Shown piece after piece: positions 1-8,049 of a stretch of DNA of 64,000 bases. The position numbers were made by a program, and so were the translations under genes. The notes below the pieces were generated by a model. The model was not told the DNA's origin, did not search any database, and saw only the letters and a list, made by a program, of their open reading frames with translations. Position 1 is the first letter of the stretch, and each line of letters begins with the position of its first letter. This stretch comes from Giardia intestinalis. Taxonomy: Eukaryota. The DNA is taken from assembly GCA_000002435.2 (NCBI GenBank), contig CM018789.1; one strand, given 5' to 3'.

Positions 1-592
1 AGTGCCTAACTGTCCTTGCCGGTGGCATTGCACAGCGAGTGCCCTGGAGGCGCCATCATGACTACGCTTTTCTGCTCTTTTGCTTACAGAGGCCATTACT
101 GTCTGTCCGCTCATGACACCATAAACACACAAGGTCAATCCCCCTGGCACTTTACTCAGAGGTGCGCCGGCTCTTTCGGAGAAGCGCTTCTCTGTGTAGC
201 TGTCTAGTGAACAGACCAGACACGGTGGTGCTATCAGCCAAGCCACTGCTGGGCAGAGCACACGGCCTGTATCTGCTCGTCTCGTGCTCTAGCCAGCCAC
301 CCCGCGTGAGCATCTGGAGGCGTGCCTGGACATATGCGTGGTATTCTGCGGTGTGCACGGTCTCGTGTCCGCACAGTAGGCCAGCCAGGGAGCGTGTGCA
401 GGCACGTCATGTGGCACCACGTCCTTTGTGGAATGCTGGAGGACCACACAGGCGAGGGTCTACCATCAAGATACGGACACGTTGCTTCCTGACATGGAAG
501 GTCAATGAGGCTATCCAGATGGCCCAGCCACGGTAGAAGGCTAGCAGATGTGATCGTATTGGCCACCAGCACTGTCACTAATACCAACATGC

Positions 593-3400
593 ATGATTAA
601 TAGATCTAGCAGGGCCGCAATGTTGCTACTAGTTCTTTGCTTTTTGATGAGCGCTCTCGCTGCACAATGCAAGGGGCACCAGCACTCCAACTGCGCAACC
701 GGCTGGTGCAGGGCGGTCCGTGGCGTCGAGGTCTGTATGAGGTGCAAAGCGGGCCACGTGCTGATCGACGGAGTGTGCGCTGATAACTCTGTTGTCTACG
801 GCGCGGGGTCCGCCTGCCAGATTCTAAACTGCAAGCAGTGTAACGCGGACAACACGCAGTGCGAGCAGTGCGAGGACGGATACACGCCGAGCGCCGGGAA
901 TACCCAGTGCAACGAGGACGCCGCGTCCGCCTGCCAGATTCTAAACTGCAAGCAGTGTAACGCGGACAACACGCAGTGCGAGCAGTGCGAGGACGGATAC
1001 ACGCCGAGCGCCGGGAATACCCAGTGCAACGAGGACGCCGCGTCCGCCTGCCAGATTCTAAACTGCAAGCAGTGTAACGCGGACAACACGCAGTGCGAGC
1101 AGTGCGAGGACGGATACACGCCGAGCGCCGGGAATACCCAGTGCAACGAGGACGCCGCGTCCGCCTGCCAGATTCTAAACTGCAAGCAGTGTAACGCGGA
1201 CAACACGCAGTGCGAGCAGTGCGAGGACGGATACACGCCGAGCGCCGGGAATACCCAGTGCAACGAGGACGCCGCGTCCGCCTGCCAGATTCTAAACTGC
1301 AAGCAGTGTAACGCGGACAACACGCAGTGCGAGCAGTGCGAGGACGGATACACGCCGAGCGCCGGGAATACCCAGTGCAACGAGGACGCCGCGTCCGCCT
1401 GCCAGATTCTAAACTGCAAGCAGTGTAACGCGGACAACACGCAGTGCGAGCAGTGCGAGGACGGATACACGCCGAGCGCCGGGAATACCCAGTGCAACGA
1501 GGACGCCGCGTCCGCCTGCCAGATTCTAAACTGCAAGCAGTGTAACGCGGACAACACGCAGTGCGAGCAGTGCGAGGACGGATACACGCCGAGCGCCGGG
1601 AATACCCAGTGCAACGAGGACGCCGCGTCCGCCTGCCAGATTCTAAACTGCAAGCAGTGTAACGCGGACAACACGCAGTGCGAGCAGTGCGAGGACGGAT
1701 ACACGCCGAGCGCCGGGAATACCCAGTGCAACGAGGACGCCGCGTCCGCCTGCCAGATTCTAAACTGCAAGCAGTGTAACGCGGACAACACGCAGTGCGA
1801 GCAGTGCGAGGACGGATACACGCCGAGCGCCGGGAATACCCAGTGCAACGAGGACGCCGCGTCCGCCTGCCAGATTCTAAACTGCAAGCAGTGTAACGCG
1901 GACAACACGCAGTGCGAGCAGTGCGAGGACGGATACACGCCGAGCGCCGGGAATACCCAGTGCAACGAGGACGCCGCGTCCGCCTGCCAGATTCTAAACT
2001 GCAAGCAGTGTAACGCGGACAACACGCAGTGCGAGCAGTGCGAGGACGGATACACGCCGAGCGCCGGGAATACCCAGTGCAACGAGGACGCCGCGTCCGC
2101 CTGCCAGATTCTAAACTGCAAGCAGTGTAACGCGGACAACACGCAGTGCGAGCAGTGCGAGGACGGATACACGCCGAGCGCCGGGAATACCCAGTGCAAC
2201 GAGGACGCCGCGTCCGCCTGCCAGATTCTAAACTGCAAGCAGTGTAACGCGGACAACACGCAGTGCGAGCAGTGCGAGGACGGATACACGCCGAGCGCCG
2301 GGAATACCCAGTGCAACGAGGACGCCGCGTCCGCCTGCCAGATTCTAAACTGCAAGCAGTGTAACGCGGACAACACGCAGTGCGAGCAGTGCGAGGACGG
2401 ATACACGCCGAGCGCCGGGAATACCCAGTGCAACGAGAACCCAGAAGCGCGGTGCAATACTCCCAACTGTAAGACCTGTGACAACCCCAAAACAGGCAAT
2501 GAAATCTGCACTAAATGTAATGATGGCGACTACCTCACCCCTACAAACCAGTGCGCACATGACTGCACAGCCATCAGCGGATACTACGGAGATACTGACA
2601 AGAAGTGTAAGCCATGCAGCCCTGAGTGCGCTGAGTGCGTTGGGCCAGCCAACAATCAGTGTAGTGCTTGTCCTGCAGGCAAGGCATTAACATATGGAGG
2701 TGGTGATCCTGCCCAAGGGGGCACCTGCGGGGATGCGTGTACGGCGGACAAGAACGGATGTAAGGTCTGTGGGGCAAGGATCGGCGGGACAGACTACTGC
2801 TCCCAGTGCTCAGTGGGTACTCAGGCTCCTCTGAACGGGGTCTGTACGGCCAACGCGCGTGCTCAGTTCTGCACACAAGTTACCAGTGGATCCTGCACGT
2901 CTTGTAGTGGGGGCTACTTCCTCAAGAATGGTGGCTGTTACCAGGCAGATAGACAGCCAGGCAAACAGATATGTACACTAGCTGATAGCAATGGTGGATG
3001 TCAGGCGTGTGCCAATGGTCTTCCTCCTAGTTCTTCTGACGTATGCCCCTCGTGTCATTTCACCTGCAAGACATGCTCGACCGCAGACATTGCAAATACT
3101 TGTACAACGTGTGCAACTGGGTACTACATGGTCGGATCAGGGCCAAACACATGTATTTCGTGTGAAAGTGACAGTGGAAGTGTCAAGGGAGTTGCTGGCT
3201 GCATGAGCTGCGCTCCTCCATCTAGCAATACTGGCTCCGTTCTCTGCTACCTCATGAACGGTGACAGTGCCGGCGGGAGCACGAATAAGAGCGGCCTTAG
3301 CACAGGTGCCATCGCTGGCATCTCTGTGGCTGTCATCGTCGTCGTCGGGGGACTCGTCGGCTTCCTCTGCTGGTGGTTCATCTGCAGGGGCAAAGCGTAG
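593..3400 (+). CDS. vsp: Variant-specific surface protein (VSP), long form with 14 x 39-aa tandem repeats
   Basis: 935-aa ORF. It has a hydrophobic signal-like N-terminus; MLLLVLCFLMSALAAQC from the second in-frame ATG at 620 may be the real start. It is Cys-rich with many CXXC motifs and a GGCY motif (FLKNGGCYQ). A C-terminal TM helix (GAIAGISVAVIVVVGGLVGFLCWWFI) is followed by CRGKA-stop. An AGTAAAC poly(A) signal lies just downstream. Confidence 0.95.
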   Translation: MINRSSRAAMLLLVLCFLMSALAAQCKGHQHSNCATGWCRAVRGVEVCMRCKAGHVLIDGVCADNSVVYGAGSACQILNCKQCNADNTQCEQCEDGYTPSAGNTQCNEDAASACQILNCKQCNADNTQCEQCEDGYTPSAGNTQCNEDAASACQILNCKQCNADNTQCEQCEDGYTPSAGNTQCNEDAASACQILNCKQCNADNTQCEQCEDGYTPSAGNTQCNEDAASACQILNCKQCNADNTQCEQCEDGYTPSAGNTQCNEDAASACQILNCKQCNADNTQCEQCEDGYTPSAGNTQCNEDAASACQILNCKQCNADNTQCEQCEDGYTPSAGNTQCNEDAASACQILNCKQCNADNTQCEQCEDGYTPSAGNTQCNEDAASACQILNCKQCNADNTQCEQCEDGYTPSAGNTQCNEDAASACQILNCKQCNADNTQCEQCEDGYTPSAGNTQCNEDAASACQILNCKQCNADNTQCEQCEDGYTPSAGNTQCNEDAASACQILNCKQCNADNTQCEQCEDGYTPSAGNTQCNEDAASACQILNCKQCNADNTQCEQCEDGYTPSAGNTQCNEDAASACQILNCKQCNADNTQCEQCEDGYTPSAGNTQCNENPEARCNTPNCKTCDNPKTGNEICTKCNDGDYLTPTNQCAHDCTAISGYYGDTDKKCKPCSPECAECVGPANNQCSACPAGKALTYGGGDPAQGGTCGDACTADKNGCKVCGARIGGTDYCSQCSVGTQAPLNGVCTANARAQFCTQVTSGSCTSCSGGYFLKNGGCYQADRQPGKQICTLADSNGGCQACANGLPPSSSDVCPSCHFTCKTCSTADIANTCTTCATGYYMVGSGPNTCISCESDSGSVKGVAGCMSCAPPSSNTGSVLCYLMNGDSAGGSTNKSGLSTGAIAGISVAVIVVVGGLVGFLCWWFICRGKA
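808..2437 (+). repeat. Perfect 117-bp tandem array, about 13.9 units, in frame within the VSP CDS
   Basis: The period was measured directly: cgcctgccag at 811 recurs at 928. The unit encodes SACQILNCKQCNADNTQCEQCEDGYTPSAGNTQCNEDAA (6 Cys, two CXXC). Units look nucleotide-identical by eye across lines 781-2460. 1630 bp / 117 = 13.9. Confidence 0.95.
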
Positions 3401-3412
3401 ATGTACTTAGAT

Positions 3413-3419
3413 AGTAAAC
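3413..3419 (+). promoter_or_regulatory. Giardia-type polyadenylation signal AGTAAAC for the left VSP
   Basis: AGTAAAC matches the AGTRAAY consensus and starts 13 nt after the TAG stop codon at 3398-3400. Confidence 0.7.
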
Positions 3420-3912
3420 GCGTCACTGTATAAAGCATATTATACTGTGATGGGGCCCTGCCTGTGGGAGCGTCCAGAAATCCCACGAGTAAGTCTCGCC
3501 CACGTCTTGGCCAATCTGAGAGCGAGAACTGGTTGTAGACAGCAAGCAGGGACTCCTCTTTATTAGTGTATCTAAAACTTGGCACCTTCTCCGGTCGCTC
3601 TGTGGGTGTGTGCTCAGTCTGGGTGTGCACGTCGGCCGTTTCGGGGTTCAGGCCTTCTCGCAGACTCTCTGGTCCACCAGTGGCGCCTCTCCTTGGTCTT
3701 CCTTCACGGTGAGTGAAGCCCGGGCCGCTGTCTTTTTTAGATGCCCCCGTCTGTCAGGGGCTGCCATCGGGCTCTCCGCTGGCTGGGCCCCTCGGTGTCC
3801 GTCCGGCTGTGGTTCTGGGTCAGCGCTTCCACAGTCGCGGTCACTTGGGTCTCAGTGGGCCGGCTGGTGGGTGGGGCGGGGGTATGGGCGGTGAGGACTG
3901 GTGGGACCGGGT

Positions 3913-5580
3913 GGGGGCTGAGATTGGTGTCCGTATGTGCTCCTGGGTTCGGTGGGCCATTGCGGCGGTGGGTGATCCCCTCTCTGTTTGCCAAGGTGGT
4001 TGTGTCTGATCCCCAGCCTTCGTTGCACTCCCGAGACACAGGCACCGACGATCGTGTCGTGTCCCCTGACTGAGCGCCTCCCTTGGCCCCTGCATGCCTC
4101 GGGCAGTACTGCTGCTCTGGTTGACTGGTACATGAGGGATGAGGCAGGCCATCGCAGCCTCTCCTGCTACTCGCTGATGCTCTGTGCGGGTCTGCTGGGC
4201 CCCTGGCATGCCCTGTCCAGTGCCTCGACGTAGTTCACCTCGGCCAGCAGGGGTGTGGATGAGCCGGTGGATGGGATGGGTTCTCTCAGGCCTCTAGTGT
4301 GATGGCCCAGAAGACTGGCACGGTGGGGCACTGGTGGCTGCACTGTCCCCGTGGTCAGCTGTGCTGCTCCTGGTGGGTCCTTGTCATGGAGCGCTGTGTG
4401 TTGTTCATAGGCAGAGGTGAGCCTCCTTGGTTTCAAGATGCTCTACCATGCAGAGAGGAGCACGCTGAGGGTCACCCATACCTCACATCTGCTGTGCCCG
4501 TTCGGGAGTTCCCGGTGTGGTCCACCAGGACCTTGACACCTCTCGTGGCTCTGATGACCCCTCGAGGAGAGCCGGGGTGTCCTATGCCAGGGGAGGCGTG
4601 CACCCTCCTGCATGAGCTGGGACCCACTGCACTGCCCTCAAGGAGGTCTGCTATGAGAGGCAGTGGGATGATTGACGGCCCCAGAGTGCGGTGGAGGGTG
4701 CTCGTGGTCATCTCTTGTGATCGGGCATCACTCTGATGGCCAGCTCTGTGCCTGTGTGGTGCTCAGAGGCCACCTGTCTGCCTCATCGCCTGCTGGACAG
4801 CCGGGTCTCTTGTGGTGTCCGAAGGCCTCCTCACTCCTCTGGCTGCTGCCCCCTCGGGTCATCAATGAAGACAGTCGAGGCCAGCGGAGTCTTCGGTGAG
4901 TCTGGTGCCTGCCTGGGTGTCATGGGGGCTGGCAGCTGTCAGGGCTCTGCCACTGCTCACCTGCCTGGAGTGTGCCTCCCTTGGACCTACTGTGCTGCGT
5001 GAGTCCTCTGGCTTCCTATCAGGCCCTGACTGTGAGGGTGACCCCACCTGGTCCTCTGATGCCCCTGTGGATGAGCATAGCAATGTGTCTGATTGAGGAT
5101 CTCTGGTGCCCGTGTCTGTTGCTGCCTCTCGGGTGCTCGGGTAGTTGCCTGGCACTCTCGTATGGGGGCACAGTCAGCGTGTCCCGAGCAGACTCCAGTC
5201 CTCTCTGGGTCCACACAGTCTGTTCGTGTGTGGATGATCCTCCTGCACTCAGGTCCATCTGTGCACACTATCACTCAGCCTCGAGAGCAGGCCAGTGCAG
5301 TCGCCAGGGTTGCTGTCAGAGGGAGTCGTCTGCCACTACATCGCTCGAGCAGACTCTACAGATCAGGCTGGCTGCTGTGCACCCTCATGGCAGGGCTGCC
5401 TGACTCCCCTTGGTCATCCTCTCTGTCCCGGTGTGCACGGCTCCTGAGGGTTGTCTGGGTGGAGGCACTCACAGACCACGAGCACACAGAGGGGTGAGTC
5501 ATAGATGGACAGCCATCAGTCACCACAGCTGCGATCACCCCAGTCTATCGAGGGACCAGGGGCACATACAGACACCCACC
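3913..5580. other. Unique GC-rich core of the inter-VSP spacer; no credible CDS
   Basis: This is the only part of 1-7971 without a mirror copy. Many overlapping 60-145 aa ORFs occur on both strands in several frames, as expected from stop-poor GC-rich DNA. I recognise no motif in any of them. Confidence 0.6.
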
Positions 5581-6073
5581 ACCCGGTCCCACCAGTCCTC
5601 ACCGCCCATACCCCCGCCCCACCCACCAGCCGGCCCACTGAGACCCAAGTGACCGCGACTGTGGAAGCGCTGACCCAGAACCACAGCCGGACGGACACCG
5701 AGGGGCCCAGCCAGCGGAGAGCCCGATGGCAGCCCCTGACAGACGGGGGCATCTAAAAAAGACAGCGGCCCGGGCTTCACTCACCGTGAAGGAAGACCAA
5801 GGAGAGGCGCCACTGGTGGACCAGAGAGTCTGCGAGAAGGCCTGAACCCCGAAACGGCCGACGTGCACACCCAGACTGAGCACACACCCACAGAGCGACC
5901 GGAGAAGGTGCCAAGTTTTAGATACACTAATAAAGAGGAGTCCCTGCTTGCTGTCTACAACCAGTTCTCGCTCTCAGATTGGCCAAGACGTGGGCGAGAC
6001 TTACTCGTGGGATTTCTGGACGCTCCCACAGGCAGGGCCCCATCACAGTATAATATGCTTTATACAGTGACGC

Positions 6074-6080
6074 GTTTACT
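6074..6080 (-). promoter_or_regulatory. Polyadenylation signal AGTAAAC for the right VSP (mirror of 3413-3419)
   Basis: The plus strand reads gtttact, whose reverse complement is AGTAAAC. Spacing from the stop codon is the same as on the left. Confidence 0.7.
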
Positions 6081-6092
6081 ATCTAAGTACAT

Positions 6093-7379
6093 CTACGCTT
6101 TGCCCCTGCAGATGAACCACCAGCAGAGGAAGCCGACGAGTCCCCCGACGACGACGATGACAGCCACAGAGATGCCAGCGATGGCACCTGTGCTAAGGCC
6201 GCTCTTATTCGTGCTCCCGCCGGCACTGTCACCGTTCATGAGGTAGCAGAGAACGGAGCCAGTATTGCTAGATGGAGGAGCGCAGCTCATGCAGCCAGCA
6301 ACTCCCTTGACACTTCCACTGTCACTTTCACACGAAATACATGTGTTTGGCCCTGATCCGACCATGTAGTACCCAGTTGCACACGTTGTACAAGTATTTG
6401 CAATGTCTGCGGTCGAGCATGTCTTGCAGGTGAAATGACACGAGGGGCATACGTCAGAAGAACTAGGAGGAAGACCATTGGCACACGCCTGACATCCACC
6501 ATTGCTATCAGCTAGTGTACATATCTGTTTGCCTGGCTGTCTATCTGCCTGGTAACAGCCACCATTCTTGAGGAAGTAGCCCCCACTACAAGACGTGCAG
6601 GATCCACTGGTAACTTGTGTGCAGAACTGAGCACGCGCGTTGGCCGTACAGACCCCGTTCAGAGGAGCCTGAGTACCCACTGAGCACTGGGAGCAGTAGT
6701 CTGTCCCGCCGATCCTTGCCCCACAGACCTTACATCCGTTCTTGTCCGCCGTACACGCATCCCCGCAGGTGCCCCCTTGGGCAGGATCACCACCTCCATA
6801 TGTTAATGCCTTGCCTGCAGGACAAGCACTACACTGATTGTTGGCTGGCCCAACGCACTCAGCGCACTCAGGGCTGCATGGCTTACACTTCTTGTCAGTA
6901 TCTCCGTAGTATCCGCTGATGGCTGTGCAGTCATGTGCGCACTGGTTTGTAGGGGTGAGGTAGTCGCCATCATTACATTTAGTGCAGATTTCATTGCCTG
7001 TTTTGGGGTTGTCACAGGTCTTACAGTTGGGAGTATTGCACCGCGCTTCTGGGTTCTCGTTGCACTGGGTATTCCCGGCGCTCGGCGTGTATCCGTCCTC
7101 GCACTGCTCGCACTGCGTGTTGTCCGCGTTACACTGCTTGCAGTTTAGAATCTGGCAGGCGGACCCCGCGCCGTAGACAACAGAGTTATCAGCGCACACT
7201 CCGTCGATCAGCACGTGGCCCGCTTTGCACCTCATACAGACCTCGACGCCACGGACCGCCCTGCACCAGCCGGTTGCGCAGTTGGAGTGCTGGTGCCCCT
7301 TGCATTGTGCAGCGAGAGCGCTCATCAAAAAGCAAAGAACTAGTAGCAACATTGCGGCCCTGCTAGATCTATTAATCAT
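6093..7379 (-). CDS. vsp: Variant-specific surface protein (VSP), short form with a single repeat unit
   Basis: 428-aa ORF. It is amino-acid-identical to the left VSP at the N-terminus (first ~110 aa) and C-terminus (last ~318 aa, including GGCY, the TM helix and CRGKA). It lacks 507 aa, which equals 13 repeat units. An alternative start at 7352 mirrors 620. Confidence 0.95.
   Translation of the reverse strand: MINRSSRAAMLLLVLCFLMSALAAQCKGHQHSNCATGWCRAVRGVEVCMRCKAGHVLIDGVCADNSVVYGAGSACQILNCKQCNADNTQCEQCEDGYTPSAGNTQCNENPEARCNTPNCKTCDNPKTGNEICTKCNDGDYLTPTNQCAHDCTAISGYYGDTDKKCKPCSPECAECVGPANNQCSACPAGKALTYGGGDPAQGGTCGDACTADKNGCKVCGARIGGTDYCSQCSVGTQAPLNGVCTANARAQFCTQVTSGSCTSCSGGYFLKNGGCYQADRQPGKQICTLADSNGGCQACANGLPPSSSDVCPSCHFTCKTCSTADIANTCTTCATGYYMVGSGPNTCISCESDSGSVKGVAGCMSCAPPSSNTGSVLCYLMNGDSAGGSTNKSGLSTGAIAGISVAVIVVVGGLVGFLCWWFICRGKA
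7056..7164 (-). repeat. Single copy of the 117-bp repeat unit in the short VSP
   Basis: The mirror coordinates of 808-2437 collapse to 109 bp (1630-1521). The protein reads ...GSACQILNCKQCNADNTQCEQCEDGYTPSAGNTQCNENPEA... only once. Confidence 0.9.
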
Positions 7380-8049
7380 GCATGTTGGTATTAGTGACAG
7401 TGCTGGTGGCCAATACGATCACATCTGCTAGCCTTCTACCGTGGCTGGGCCATCTGGATAGCCTCATTGACCTTCCATGTCAGGAAGCAACGTGTCCGTA
7501 TCTTGATGGTAGACCCTCGCCTGTGTGGTCCTCCAGCATTCCACAAAGGACGTGGTGCCACATGACGTGCCTGCACACGCTCCCTGGCTGGCCTACTGTG
7601 CGGACACGAGACCGTGCACACCGCAGAATACCACGCATATGTCCAGGCACGCCTCCAGATGCTCACGCGGGGTGGCTGGCTAGAGCACGAGACGAGCAGA
7701 TACAGGCCGTGTGCTCTGCCCAGCAGTGGCTTGGCTGATAGCACCACCGTGTCTGGTCTGTTCACTAGACAGCTACACAGAGAAGCGCTTCTCCGAAAGA
7801 GCCGGCGCACCTCTGAGTAAAGTGCCAGGGGGATTGACCTTGTGTGTTTATGGTGTCATGAGCGGACAGACAGTAATGGCCTCTGTAAGCAAAAGAGCAG
7901 AAAAGCGTAGTCATGATGGCGCCTCCAGGGCACTCGCTGTGCAATGCCACCGGCAAGGACAGTTAGGCACTGCCAATAGGCCAGTCTGCGTCAGTAAACA
8001 CGCAGTGTTCGCAGGCCGAACCATGTACCTTTGCAAGCGGGCAGTGTAA

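Larger units (their letters stand above)
1..3912. repeat. Left arm of a large inverted repeat (palindromic VSP locus); runs off the left window edge
   Basis: The reverse complement of 1-20 equals 7952-7971. Every track ORF on this arm has an amino-acid-identical twin on the opposite strand of 5581-7971 (16-207/7765-7956, 162-536/7436-7810, 234-590/7382-7738, 2574-2876/6617-6919, 3247-3630/5863-6246, 3610-3894/5599-5883). Coordinate sums are constant: x+y=7972 before the tandem array and 9493 after it. The difference, 1521 bp, equals 13 x 117. Confidence 0.95.
5581..7971. repeat. Right arm of the inverted repeat; its outer end is undefined because the partner leaves the window
   Basis: Same evidence as the left arm. 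Perfect identity stops near 3912-3914 / 5579-5581. Recognisable but decayed homology continues about 40 nt further inward (ggtgtccgtatgtgctcctgg vs ggtgtctgtatgtgcccctgg). Confidence 0.95.

Noticed and set aside
808-2437. Regular repeat array considered as a possible CRISPR-like array
   Set aside because: The units are contiguous with no spacers, 117 bp long and in frame inside a eukaryotic surface-protein gene. No cas-like genes are present, and the rest of the window is eukaryotic.
796-2511. 571-aa ORF on the minus strand, antisense to the VSP tandem repeats
   Set aside because: It is open only because one stop-free 117-bp unit is repeated 14 times. Its product is a repeat of one arbitrary antisense peptide, and it has no independent start context or terminal features. 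The sense strand encodes a complete canonical VSP.
3401-6092. Stack of overlapping 60-145 aa ORFs in the spacer (similar stacks at 1-592 and 7380-8050)
   Set aside because: Several frames on both strands are open at once, as expected from GC-rich, stop-poor DNA. There are no A/T-rich initiators, no recognisable motifs, and the arm ORFs are simply mirrored copies.
1-7971. Palindrome as a long-read fold-back (missed-adapter or chimeric) assembly artefact
   Set aside because: Fold-back artefacts normally join the arms directly and make them identical in length. Here there is a 1668-bp unique core, a graded decay of identity at the inner boundaries and a 1521-bp length asymmetry. I cannot fully exclude an artefact without reads, so it is listed as a refutation test.
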